Origin: Acidobacteriota bacterium
GTDB lineage: Bacteria; Acidobacteriota; UBA890; WLXD01
DNA: 64,000 bases
Direction of reading: 5' to 3'
NCBI GenBank assembly: GCA_965205505.1
Contig: CBDBHB010000009.1
Coordinates: 2,400,001 to 2,464,000, forward strand
Below are positions 32,137-42,042 of the stretch, in pieces (positions within the stretch are counted from its first letter, which is position 1; every line of letters begins with the position of its first letter). The notes below the pieces were generated by a model. That model did no database searches. It was given only the letters and a program-made list of their open reading frames with translations, and was not told where the DNA came from. Made by a program: the position numbers and the translations under genes.

Positions 32137-32164
32137 ATGCTACGCGCGTACGGGCCGGTGTCAA
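32137..32164 (-). promoter_or_regulatory. Sigma70-like promoter for the TonB receptor gene
   Basis: TTGACA-N16-TAGCAT. Confidence 0.6.
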
Positions 32165-32264
32165 GCTGAGGGGAGTGTCAAGCTAGCGTCACGATAGCGT
32201 CAAGCCAGGGGATCGATGAGCCCCGGAGCTTAACGACCATATCAACGACCGTTCACCGCTATCG

Positions 32265-33707
32265 CTATCGAGCGTTGGCAACCGCAGACTCGATTTGATC
32301 ACGCATCTCCCAAGCGGCCGCCACAACGGCGTCGCGGTCTAATGTCAAGAAGATACCGTCCTCAAATAGAACTCGGCCGTCGACGACGGTGACGCGTACG
32401 TTGCTCCCCCGAGTGGCATAGGCCAGGTGCGAATAGGCGTCGTAACGCGGCACCAGGTTAGGCAGGTTGCCGGAGACGATAACCAGGTCGGCGCGCTTGC
32501 CGATCTCCAGCGAGCCGATCTCTGCGTGCAGCCCGAGAGCGCGCGCCCCCGAGATTGTCGCCATTGCCAGCGCCTCGGTCGCCGGCAGGGCCGTCGGGTC
32601 TTTGCGCATGTGCTTCTGTAGCAGCGACGCTAGGAACGCGGCACCGAACATGTCGAGGTCGTTATTCGAAGCTGCCCCGTCGGTGCCTATTCCTACCGCG
32701 ACACCGGCACTCAATAGTTCCTCCACGCGCATGGTGCCGGAGGCGAGCTTCATGTTGCTCTCGGGGTTGTGGATGACGCCGACCTGGTTACGCGCCAAGA
32801 TCTCGATGTCCGCGTCCTCGAGCCACACAGCGTGCGCCGCGATCACATCGGGGCCAAGAAACCCGATCGCTTCGAGATGCTCAGTCGGGGTGCGGTCATA
32901 CCGCTCGCGAATCTGGCGCACTTCGTCGCTCGTCTCTGCCAAGTGGATTAGCACCGGGACCCCGAGCTCGCGTGTCAACGCCACGGTGCGTTGCAGCGTC
33001 TCGGGCTCGAGCGTGTACGGCGCGTGCGGCGCGGCGGTGGCGGTGACCCTCGGGTGGTCTTTCCACTTGTTGATCAGCTCGCGCGTATAGGCGAGGGCCT
33101 CGTCGGCCGAGGCCGCATCGGGCACCGGAAACTCGAGCACTGACTCGCCCACGATCGCTCGCATGCCGGACTCGTCGGCGACCTTGGCGACCTCGTCCTC
33201 GAAGTAGTACATGTCGACGAACGTTGTCGTTCCGGTGCGGATCATTTCCAAAGCCGCCAGTTGCGTGCCGAGGCGCACGAACTCGGCAGTCACCGTCGCC
33301 GCCTCGGCTGGAAAGATGTAGTTCTCCAGCCAGTCCATCAGCGCCAGGTCGTCGGCGATACCGCGTAGCAGCACCATGGCGGCGTGACCATGGCCGTTGA
33401 TGAGCCCGGGAATGACCATGTCGCGCTCGCCCGCCGCGATCACCTCGTCGGCGTTCCAGGATGCTTCGATCTCGGCCGCCGTGCCGATCGCCGCGATAGC
33501 GCCGTCGACCACCGCGAGGCCGCCCTCGGCGATGACCGTACGATCGGAGTCCATGGTCACGAAGGTACCCCCCAGCACGAGCAGGTCGGCCGTGGCGCGC
33601 CCTTCTCCAGTTGCCCGGGTACTGCCACTGCCGGGGCCGGTGCATCCGGTGGTGCTGATTGCCGCCAACGCAACGACCGAGCACAGCGTCGTAAGGCGGG
33701 TGCTCAT
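32265..33707 (-). CDS. MTA/SAH deaminase-family amidohydrolase with a lipoprotein signal
   Basis: PGLINGHGH, HAPYT, IHLAET and GTDGAASNN motifs; N-terminal TTGC lipobox-like sequence. Confidence 0.9.
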   Translation of the reverse strand: MSTRLTTLCSVVALAAISTTGCTGPGSGSTRATGEGRATADLLVLGGTFVTMDSDRTVIAEGGLAVVDGAIAAIGTAAEIEASWNADEVIAAGERDMVIPGLINGHGHAAMVLLRGIADDLALMDWLENYIFPAEAATVTAEFVRLGTQLAALEMIRTGTTTFVDMYYFEDEVAKVADESGMRAIVGESVLEFPVPDAASADEALAYTRELINKWKDHPRVTATAAPHAPYTLEPETLQRTVALTRELGVPVLIHLAETSDEVRQIRERYDRTPTEHLEAIGFLGPDVIAAHAVWLEDADIEILARNQVGVIHNPESNMKLASGTMRVEELLSAGVAVGIGTDGAASNNDLDMFGAAFLASLLQKHMRKDPTALPATEALAMATISGARALGLHAEIGSLEIGKRADLVIVSGNLPNLVPRYDAYSHLAYATRGSNVRVTVVDGRVLFEDGIFLTLDRDAVVAAAWEMRDQIESAVANAR

Positions 33708-34189
33708 GACTTCTCCTCTGCTACGGACGAGTCATCCAGATGGTCGGGTCCGAAAGCGGCCGGCAAGAGCTCCGAGGCGCGCCAGATCTCGACGTGGCCG
33801 TCGAGGGTTACCATGAGCACAGGAATGTCACCGGCGAGATCCCAGATAACCTGCCGGCAGGCGCCACAAGGGGGTGTCGGCTGCGACCCGCGCCCCGGCC
33901 CGACCACCGCGAGGGCGGTCACCGGGGCGCTGCCGGCGGCGCGAGCCGCGAATAACGCCACGCGCTCAGCGCACAGCGTCAGCCCATATGACGAGATCTC
34001 GACGTTGCAGCCGCGATGCTGCCGAAGCTCGGCATCCAGGGCGGCGGCTCCCACCTTGAAGTGTGAGTAGGGCGCGTGGGCGCGCGATCGAGCTCGGATC
34101 GCCGCCTCGACGAGCTTGCGCTGATGCGGCTCCAGATCCGCGATCTGCACCAGCGGCGGTCGTGGATGGGCGCTGTCGGCTTCATCCAT
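33704..34189 (-). CDS. cdd: Cytidine deaminase
   Basis: APYSHFKVGAA, CAER and PCGACRQ motifs. Confidence 0.96.
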   Translation of the reverse strand: MDEADSAHPRPPLVQIADLEPHQRKLVEAAIRARSRAHAPYSHFKVGAAALDAELRQHRGCNVEISSYGLTLCAERVALFAARAAGSAPVTALAVVGPGRGSQPTPPCGACRQVIWDLAGDIPVLMVTLDGHVEIWRASELLPAAFGPDHLDDSSVAEEKS

Positions 34190-35051
34190 CGGCGCCGATC
34201 CAGTTCTCCAGCTCGGCGATCCCGTGAACGGTGCCGCGTAGCAAACCGATGAAGTCATCGCGCACGCGCTCGCCGACCTTCATTACTTCGGTGTGGTCCA
34301 GCGGCTGGTCGAGGATTCCGGCTGCCATGTTGGTGATACATGACAGTCCGGCTACCTTGAGGCCGGCGTGGGCGGCGGCGATCGCCTCGGGGACCGTCGA
34401 CATGCCGACGGCGTCGGCGCCCAGGGCGCGCAGCATGCGAATCTCAGCAGGGGTTTCGAAGGACGGCCCGAGCATTGCGGCGTAGACACCCTCGCGTAGG
34501 TGCTGACCGCGTCCGAGGGCCGCCATCCGGGCCACCTCGATGTACTCGGGATCGTAGGCCTCGCTCATATCGAAAAAGCGCTCGCCGAGAGAGTGCAGGT
34601 TCGGGCCGGCGCAGGGGTTCGACCCCTGCAGGTTGATGTGATCGGTGATCAGCATCAGGTCGCCCGGCGAGAAATCGCTGTTGACGGCGCCTGCCGCGTT
34701 AGTCAACAGGAGTGCCTTGCATCCCAGCAATGCCAACACTCGGGTGGGAAACGACACCTCCCACGGCGCGTATCCTTCGTACAGATGCACGCGGCCCTGC
34801 ATCACCGCCAGCGCTACCCCCTCGCTCCTTCCGATCACCAAGCGGCCGGAGTGTCCGGATACGGTCGAGATCGGCCAGCCCGGGATGTCGCCGTATGGGA
34901 TTACGGCGGCGTCGTCGAGGGTCTCGGCCATGGCGCCAAGGCCCGATCCGAGAACGATCCCGATACGAGGCTGCACATGCACTCGCGCTGCGATCGAGTC
35001 GCTTGCCGCATCGAGCCTGCCGACGAGATCCGCCGGCGCGTCACCGCTCAT
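34182..35051 (-). CDS. punA: Purine nucleoside phosphorylase (trimeric type)
   Basis: LGSGLG, GRVHLYEG, GPSFETPAE and GMSTVPE motifs. Confidence 0.95.
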   Translation of the reverse strand: MSGDAPADLVGRLDAASDSIAARVHVQPRIGIVLGSGLGAMAETLDDAAVIPYGDIPGWPISTVSGHSGRLVIGRSEGVALAVMQGRVHLYEGYAPWEVSFPTRVLALLGCKALLLTNAAGAVNSDFSPGDLMLITDHINLQGSNPCAGPNLHSLGERFFDMSEAYDPEYIEVARMAALGRGQHLREGVYAAMLGPSFETPAEIRMLRALGADAVGMSTVPEAIAAAHAGLKVAGLSCITNMAAGILDQPLDHTEVMKVGERVRDDFIGLLRGTVHGIAELENWIGADG

Positions 35052-35081
35052 CCGACCGCTCCGACTGTACTGCTCTGCGCA

Positions 35082-36461
35082 TCAAAGCCCCGACAGCATC
35101 CCGGCAAGCGTCGCGGTGGAGTACGACGACATCATGCCAGCGAGCATCGCCCAGGGTCCGATGCGCGCCAGCTCGGCCTTACGGCTCGGCGCCAGTCCGC
35201 CGATGCCACCGATCTGGATGGCGATGGAAGCAAAGTTGGCGAACCCGCATAGCGCATACGAGGCGATGAGCTCGGACTTGGGGGATAGCAAGCCGGCCTG
35301 CGTCATCTCCACCATGCGCCGGAAGCCGACGATCTCGGTCAACACCAGCTTGGTGCCGAACAGCTCGCCCACGAAACTCGCCTCAGCCCAGGGGACACCC
35401 ATGACCCAGGCAAGCGGGGCGAACACCATGCCGAGCAGGCTCTCGAGCCGCAACGGTAACTCTGCAGGACCGCGGATGTAGAAGATCGCCCAGCTCAGCA
35501 CCAGCAGTCCAGCCACCACGACGCCGGCGCGGATCGCCTGCTCGCGACGTGGTTTCCACAGCAGTACGTAGGCGATCAGCAGCCCCAGCATCGCGCCGCT
35601 TAGCCGAGCTACGCCGGCGGTGTGGGCGAAGGCACTTCCCGCCAGCCCCAGGGCGCCGTTCACCAGCGCGATCAGCCCGAGGAAGGCGATGAGCATGCCG
35701 GCGATGTTGAGTGCCAACGTTACGCCCTGGCCGGCTCCACGCGCCGCAGCATCGAGGAGGTTCGCATCGGTCGCTTCGACGTCGATGTCAACGGCTCCGC
35801 CGGTCTTCGATGTCTCGGTCTCGGGGAAGAGCAGCTTCGCCATGACCAACGAAGCCGGGGCCGCCATGACGCTCGCCGACAGCAGGTAATCGGCGCGCAC
35901 GCCGAGGCCGATGTAGGCGGCCAGCACCGCGCCCGAGACGGTGGCGAAGCCGCCGGTCATCAGCGCCATGAGCTCCGATGTCGTCATCGACGGGATGAAG
36001 GGGGCAATGATGATCGGGGCCTCGGTCTGGCCCATGAACACGTTGGCCGCCGCCGCCAGCGACTCTGACCCGGACACCCTCATCGTGCGGTGCATTCCAC
36101 GAGCCATGAGCAGCACGATGCGCTGCATCAAGCCGATGAAGTAGAGCACGGAGAAGAACGAGGCGATGAACACGACGACCGGAAGCACCTGAAACGCCAG
36201 GATGAAGCCCGCTTGATCGCTGTGCGCTAGCGAACCGAAGACGAACTCGGAACCCGCATCAGCGAAGGTCAGGAGGCGCGTTACCCCGGTGGCCAGCGCC
36301 GCGAACAAGGCCTGGCCCGGCGTGGTCTTTATGATAATCAGTGCGAACAGTAGCTGCAGGCCGAGGCCCCACAGCACCGTGCTGGTGTTCACCGCGGCGC
36401 GGTTGCGTGACAGCCCGTAGGCGATGCCATACAGCACAACGAGTCCGACGATGCCGGTCAT
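35082..36461 (-). CDS. nupC: Concentrative nucleoside transporter
   Basis: FMGQTEAP, GGFATVSG and ALCGFANFAS motifs. Confidence 0.95.
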   Translation of the reverse strand: MTGIVGLVVLYGIAYGLSRNRAAVNTSTVLWGLGLQLLFALIIIKTTPGQALFAALATGVTRLLTFADAGSEFVFGSLAHSDQAGFILAFQVLPVVVFIASFFSVLYFIGLMQRIVLLMARGMHRTMRVSGSESLAAAANVFMGQTEAPIIIAPFIPSMTTSELMALMTGGFATVSGAVLAAYIGLGVRADYLLSASVMAAPASLVMAKLLFPETETSKTGGAVDIDVEATDANLLDAAARGAGQGVTLALNIAGMLIAFLGLIALVNGALGLAGSAFAHTAGVARLSGAMLGLLIAYVLLWKPRREQAIRAGVVVAGLLVLSWAIFYIRGPAELPLRLESLLGMVFAPLAWVMGVPWAEASFVGELFGTKLVLTEIVGFRRMVEMTQAGLLSPKSELIASYALCGFANFASIAIQIGGIGGLAPSRKAELARIGPWAMLAGMMSSYSTATLAGMLSGL

Positions 36462-37762
36462 GGGCGCTTCTCGCGGATCAGGGGTCGCGGGTCGGGTGAG
36501 GTCGCGGATACGGTAAGCGCAGCTTGCACTAACTCGGTGGCGCGGTCTACGTCGGCCGCCGGACCGTGGTGCAGCGTAGCCCAAGGGGTGCGGACGTGGA
36601 CTTCGTCGCCGCACTTGGCGTGCAGCTCGATGCCGGCGCCGAGATCGAGCGCGTCGTCCTGCGTATTTCTGCCGGCGCGCAGCCATACGCCGGCGAGGCC
36701 GATTGCGCGAGCGTCGAGCCCGGTGATGTAACCGGACAGCGACGGGCATAGCGGGCTGCAGTGTGCTGCGGTGGGGAGCAATGCTGTATCGGACAGCACC
36801 CGTGGGTCACCACCCTGCGCCAGGATCAGAGCTTCGAAGCGCTCCGCAGCGGCGCCGCTGTCGAGGCAGCCGGTAACTCTTCGCAGGGCGTCGTCGTGGT
36901 CGTCGGTGATGCCGCCGAGCTGCAACATCTCCGCCCCCAGCTCCAGCGTCAGCGCACGCACATCGGCGGGTCCGCGGCCGCTCAGCACATCGATCGATTC
37001 TGCCATCTCGAGGGCGTTGCCCACGGTGTTCCCCAACGGCTGCTCCATCGCGGTAATCATCGCGCTGCAGCGCAGCCCTGACCCGCCGGCCACGGCTACA
37101 ATGCGGTCGGCCAGGCTTCGCGCATCTTCGATGTCGGCGAAGAAGGCGCCACGCCCGACCTTCACGTCGAGCACCAGAGCGCTTGCACCCTCGGCGATCT
37201 TCTTGCTGAGGATACTAGCGGTTATGAGGCCGGTGTCGTCCACGGTCCCGGTCACATCACGGAGCGCGTACAGCCGCTTGTCAGCTGGGACGAACGTTGC
37301 CGTCTGCGCGCCCATCGCCACCCCGATGTGTTGTAGTTGGTCGCGGAAGGCGGGCGCCGACAGATCGGTCCGCAGCCCCGGTATACTCTCGAGCTTGTCG
37401 AGCGTGCCGCCCGTGTGTCCCAGCCCGCGCCCGGACACCATCGGCACCGTGCACCCAGCGGCTGCCGCCATTGGCGCCAGAATCAGGCTCACCTTGTCGC
37501 CAACGCCACCGGTGCTGTGCTTGTCGACCAGCGCTCCGTCGAGGTCGTCGAAATCGTATGTCTCACCCGACGTCACCATGGCCTCGGTCAACGCCACCGT
37601 CTCGCTGTCGGACAGGCCACGCCAGCGGATTGCCATCAGCAAGGCCGCCATCTGGTAGTCGGGCACCTTGTCTTCGAGGTAGGCACCGATGGCCCAGCGG
37701 AGCTCGTCGGAGGTCAGTGAGCCGCCGGCCTTCTTGCATTCGATCAGATCGACAAAGCGCAT
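36458..37762 (-). CDS. pdp: Pyrimidine-nucleoside/thymidine phosphorylase
   Basis: DKHSTGGVGDK, SGRGLGHTGGTLDKLESIPG and SILSKKIA motifs. Confidence 0.96.
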   Translation of the reverse strand: MRFVDLIECKKAGGSLTSDELRWAIGAYLEDKVPDYQMAALLMAIRWRGLSDSETVALTEAMVTSGETYDFDDLDGALVDKHSTGGVGDKVSLILAPMAAAAGCTVPMVSGRGLGHTGGTLDKLESIPGLRTDLSAPAFRDQLQHIGVAMGAQTATFVPADKRLYALRDVTGTVDDTGLITASILSKKIAEGASALVLDVKVGRGAFFADIEDARSLADRIVAVAGGSGLRCSAMITAMEQPLGNTVGNALEMAESIDVLSGRGPADVRALTLELGAEMLQLGGITDDHDDALRRVTGCLDSGAAAERFEALILAQGGDPRVLSDTALLPTAAHCSPLCPSLSGYITGLDARAIGLAGVWLRAGRNTQDDALDLGAGIELHAKCGDEVHVRTPWATLHHGPAADVDRATELVQAALTVSATSPDPRPLIREKRP

Positions 37763-38039
37763 CACGCTCTCGCCCAACCGCAGTTCGCCGGCGAGGATGC
37801 CGGCCCGCCACACTTCTACCACGGGCTGCCGGCACGCTGCCCGCCGGGGCGGTGAGCGCTGGCGGCGCGCCGCACACCAGAGGACGCTCTCGGGCCGGTG
37901 TCGAACAGGTGGGAGAACCCGCTGCTGGGTAGTTTGAGCGCCCGACAACGGCTGTGCTAGCCTTGGAAATATCTCCCCTGGATCTCCTCGAGCCGATGCC
38001 GTCGTGGCAATGCGTGCGTCGACGGCGACATGGTGAGTC

Positions 38040-39230
38040 GTGAAAAGCCAACGCATTGCAGTGGTCATCCTCGTGCTGTTGGTTGCCGCTACGCCGGTCG
38101 CTTCGCAGCAAGGTGATCTTCAGATTCGTGTTGTCTCGCCGGCGAACGACACCTACGTCTCCGGGACGACGACGATTCGCGTCGAGGTGGACCAGGTCGG
38201 GGATACGGCCATCTCCCGCGTCACGATCAGGGTCGACGGCTCGGTGCTCGCGGTGCTCGAAGAGCCGCCGTGGGAAGTCGCCTGGAACGCTGGCGACGAA
38301 TTTGATCAGCACGTAGTCGACGCGGAGGTGGTGGACGTCACCGGGCGAGAAGCTACAGACACGGTTCTCACACGCGATCTGGAAACTGCTGTTTTCAGAG
38401 CTGAGGTCAACGCCGTCCTGTTATACGTGAGTGCGGTCGACGGTCGTGGTCGCTATGTTTCCGGTCTGGAAATCGACGACTTCGAGGTCTACGAGGACGG
38501 CAAGCGACAGACGATCGCCAGCTTCTCCTCCGAGCCCCGACCCATGGTCGTGGGGCTGCTGCTGGACACGTCGGGGAGTATGCAGGAGGGAGCAAAGCTC
38601 GAGCGCGCGCGCCAGGGTGCGTTGGCGTTCCTGGATCAGATCGGAGGAGGGGACGAGGCGTTCGTAATGACCTTCGATTCGTTCCCGATGCTCCAGCAGG
38701 ACCTGACCTCCAACCAATCGATGCTTCGCGAGGCGCTCAGCGATCTGGTACCTGGCGGCGCGACGTCGATGAATCTGGCGGTCGTGGAGGGGGCCGATAT
38801 CTTGTTGGATCGGCCGGAGCGCCGGGCGTTGATCGTGCTCTCGGACGGCTACGATACGACCCAGACAGTTTCCGTCGACCAGGCGGTCGACTATGCTCGC
38901 CGTCTCGATGTTCGCGTCTACACGATCGGTATTTTCGGCGCGATTTCCGGCGACATACGAGGCCGGCGCTCCTTTGACATGATCAACCCGGGCGAAGATG
39001 CGCTGCGCTCGTTTGCCGACGGTACTGGCGGCCGCTCGATCATTCTCGATTCCCTTGGAGAGTTGCTTTCCGCCTATGAAGACATCGCCAACGAGCTCAA
39101 GAGCCAGTATGCCCTCGCGTATCGGCCGTCCGATCCGGCCTCGACCGGCGAGTGGCGAGAGATCGAGGTGCGTGCCGACGGCGCCAAGGAAGTCCGTACG
39201 AAGCCGGGCTACTACGGCGGGCCGTCCTGA
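38040..39230 (+). CDS. Exported Ig-like plus VWA domain protein
   Basis: Signal peptide, Ig-like N-domain, MIDAS DTSGSM, LSDG, TGGR and QYALAY motifs. Confidence 0.9.
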   Translation: MKSQRIAVVILVLLVAATPVASQQGDLQIRVVSPANDTYVSGTTTIRVEVDQVGDTAISRVTIRVDGSVLAVLEEPPWEVAWNAGDEFDQHVVDAEVVDVTGREATDTVLTRDLETAVFRAEVNAVLLYVSAVDGRGRYVSGLEIDDFEVYEDGKRQTIASFSSEPRPMVVGLLLDTSGSMQEGAKLERARQGALAFLDQIGGGDEAFVMTFDSFPMLQQDLTSNQSMLREALSDLVPGGATSMNLAVVEGADILLDRPERRALIVLSDGYDTTQTVSVDQAVDYARRLDVRVYTIGIFGAISGDIRGRRSFDMINPGEDALRSFADGTGGRSIILDSLGELLSAYEDIANELKSQYALAYRPSDPASTGEWREIEVRADGAKEVRTKPGYYGGPS

Positions 39231-39243
39231 GTCCGGACACCGA

Positions 39244-39774
39244 TTGCCTCACCGGGGGCGGTTCGCGACGGCAGCGCTGGCATCGCTGCTGGTACTGGCA
39301 ACAGCTGCCGACGCGTCGGTTATCCGGGGACTGACTCTCAAGGAACTTCGCGGGCGAGCGGAATCGATCGTCGCGGGAACGGTCGTGGCAGTCCGAACAG
39401 TGCGGACACCGAGGAGCATCGAGACCGTGGCGCGGGTGCGGGTCGATCGCGCCTTCAAGGGAGCCGACTCCCGGATGCTGAGCGTGCGAACTCCCGGCGG
39501 CCTCTACGGGGGGCGTCGCCTCGTGGTTCAAGGGTCGCCCGAGCTCATCGAAGGAGAGAGCGTGCTCCTGTTCCTGTACCGCGACGCCGACAGCTGGCGT
39601 CCGGTGGGGATGTTCCAGGGTGTCTGGCGGCTTGGTCGCGATGACTTGAAGATGGCTCGTGCTAGCGGCTCCGGAGGCGCTGTGGTGCTTGCACCGAAGG
39701 CGGGCCGTGCAGCGGTCGAATTTCGCGAGCGAACGGTTTCGCAACTGGTCGGCAGCGCCGGGGTTACACGATGA
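39244..39774 (+). CDS. Exported hypothetical protein (start uncertain)
   Basis: Signal-like segment then L.EL...AE.IV.GTV and PGG motifs; ATGA overlap with the next gene. Confidence 0.65.
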   Translation: MPHRGRFATAALASLLVLATAADASVIRGLTLKELRGRAESIVAGTVVAVRTVRTPRSIETVARVRVDRAFKGADSRMLSVRTPGGLYGGRRLVVQGSPELIEGESVLLFLYRDADSWRPVGMFQGVWRLGRDDLKMARASGSGGAVVLAPKAGRAAVEFRERTVSQLVGSAGVTR

Positions 39775-40771
39775 AGGCCGCCAGGGCGGCCACCTTGGGT
39801 ACGCTCGTCGGCCTGGTCGCGGTGCCGGCGTCCCCGGTGCCCGCCTACGTTCCGAATACGATCGACTTCGTGGGCGGCTCCGCGGTTGTCGCGCACTGGC
39901 CTGGGAGCGCCTTTTCCGATTGCGACTCGGGTGACGCGCGGGCTCACCAACGACGTGCCGGCGGCGGCGGGACGGGCTGCTCTTGACGCGGCGATGGTCA
40001 CATGGAGCACCTCGCCCGATTCCATCGTCGAGATCTTCGTCGCGGCGGAGCAGCGGGGATTGGAGGCCGATATTCTCGACGGAATCAACGTCATCGAGTT
40101 CTCCAACGACGCGGCGCTCGACAACGCCCAGTTTTTGACACTGTCGTTCACGCTGATGAACGCCGATGGCAGCATCGTCGAATCTGACATGTTGGTAAAC
40201 GATAGAGCCATCGGTTTTACGACGACGGAAGGTAGCAGCGTCGGCCTCGATCTCGAGACCACGATGCTGCAGGAGATTGGACGATTCCTCGGCCTCGCGA
40301 GCTCACCGTTGGGAGGGTTTGTCGCCGACGGCACGCTTGCCGACGATACTTCGGTCATGTTTCCGCTCGGCCGGGGTGTCGGCGAATCGGCGCGCACGTT
40401 GCGCGATGACGATGTTGCGGCGCTTGCAGCGCTGTATCCGGTCCCTGGCTCGGTACGTGCGACGATCAGTGGCCAGGTGGTCAGGGCCGGGGCGGTGGTC
40501 TTCGGTGCACACCGTCGCGCATGAACCGTTCCAAGACATCCTCGTCGGTGCGGTCAGCCTGCCGAACGGCACGTTCCGAATCGGCGGGCTCCCCCCCGGT
40601 ACCTACCTGCTGATGGCGTTTCCGCTGAACGGCGCGGTGTCGCCGGCAGCCCTCGGCGGCATCTTCCTTCGCGACAGCGTAGATACGACCTTCCGCGCAG
40701 CTTCGGCTGGCCAGACGATCCGCGTCGGCGCCGGTCAATCGGCCTCGGGCATCGTGGTGGAGGTCGAGTGA
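39771..40771 (+). pseudogene. Matrixin-like protein with C-terminal carboxypeptidase-regulatory domain, two frameshifts
   Basis: Three consecutive frames join at ~39912-39915 and ~40512; QEIGRFLGL motif and SVMFP Met-turn. Confidence 0.65.
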
Positions 40772-41484
40772 TGCGGCAACCGTGGAGATGCCTCGCGGCG
40801 CTGACGACACTCGCGCTCCTGCGGGCCACCGCCGCCGCACAGCAGGACGACTATGAGGTCGAGCTGCCGCAGGAGTCGAGCTACATGGACCCAGACGAGG
40901 GCTGGAAGGAACGACGCTTCCACTTCGGTGGGTTCTCCGGAAAGATGACCGGCGGCACGCCGCTGGGAAGCATCGAGAACGTCTTCTTCCGCTCGTCGTA
41001 CGACATGGATACGGACTCGATGTGGGGCTTGCGTGCCGGGTTCGCGTTCGCACCCCGTTTCGACGTCGAGCTGGAGTACGGAAGGTCTTCCCCGGGAATA
41101 AACGTCGTCCTCACCAACCTTGCGGGCCAAGGGAAGACCGAGTTCTCGTTTGCGGATCTCGATCTCAGCTACTTCATGGCTGTGGTGAACTACGCCATGC
41201 TGGAGCGCTCTCGGCGCATCGTGCCTGTCTTGTCCCTCGGTTACGGAACCGTGAGCATGACCTCCATGGCTTCGGAGATCGCCGACAGCCGACAGATGGG
41301 GCTGGTCTTCGGGGGCGGGCTGCGTATCCGCGTGATCGACAATTTCGGTGTACGGGTTGATGTACGTGGGCTCAGGACCGGCTTCGGCCCCAAGCAGCAG
41401 GACGATCAGCTGCCGAGCCTCTTCCTGGGCGACTTCAACGCCTCGAACTTGTACTGGATGGCCGGATTCGAGTTTCGTTTCTGA
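40768..41484 (+). CDS. Outer-membrane beta-barrel protein
   Basis: Signal peptide, amphipathic strands, C-terminal GFEFRF. Confidence 0.8.
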   Translation: MMRQPWRCLAALTTLALLRATAAAQQDDYEVELPQESSYMDPDEGWKERRFHFGGFSGKMTGGTPLGSIENVFFRSSYDMDTDSMWGLRAGFAFAPRFDVELEYGRSSPGINVVLTNLAGQGKTEFSFADLDLSYFMAVVNYAMLERSRRIVPVLSLGYGTVSMTSMASEIADSRQMGLVFGGGLRIRVIDNFGVRVDVRGLRTGFGPKQQDDQLPSLFLGDFNASNLYWMAGFEFRF

Positions 41485-41574
41485 GCCGAGCCGGATCGCC
41501 TCTTCCTCTCTCCTTGCCTCCACTTCGCAAGACCCTGTCGCCAGACCCACCACACTTTCACCACGGCCTGCTAG
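41485..41574 (-). repeat. Family-2 element, left ~90 bp
   Basis: CTAGCAGG..TGGTGGGTCTGGC..GGGTCTTGC..CAAGGAGA..GAAGAG aligns with 4879-4956. Confidence 0.7.
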
Positions 41575-42042
41575 AGGTGCGACGTCGAGGATTTCTTCGA
41601 GGCGGTCAAACGCCATGGTTTCGATCAGCCCTGTGGATCGTACGGCCCGATAGCCTGCATCGTATCCCTCGATGCGCGTGGTGAGCCGAATTCGGGCGTT
41701 TCCCCCACTGGTCGGGTGCACAACGGCGGTGATGCGGAACCGCCCGTGGCCAAAGAAGCTCCCATTTCCGGTGTAGGCGACTCGATCGAGATGGTTTTCG
41801 GCGGCGCCGCTGTCTGTCAGCCGCTTGGGGTCAGTCTCGACCAAGCAGGAGTCGCGTTCACGGGTAGACGTTGCCACCTGCAGGGCCAACTGCTCGATCA
41901 GGGTTTCGACTGCAGCGCACGCGGCTTTACCCGCGACCGGGTAGACCCGAGTGGGGTCGAGCGGCCGTACTTCGGGCTGCCGCCAGGTAACCGAACATGC
42001 CAGCGGTGCTGCCGCCGCGAGCGCTACCGCGATGAGTCTCAG
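41572..42042 (-). CDS. Lipoprotein paralog 2 (CTG start; no nearby stop, frame open to 40735)
   Basis: LRLIAVALAAAAPLAC lipobox; aligns with 42039-42545 (TWR.P, CL.ETD, TTR.EGY, RS.GLIE). End coordinate marks the end of the homologous region. Confidence 0.7.
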
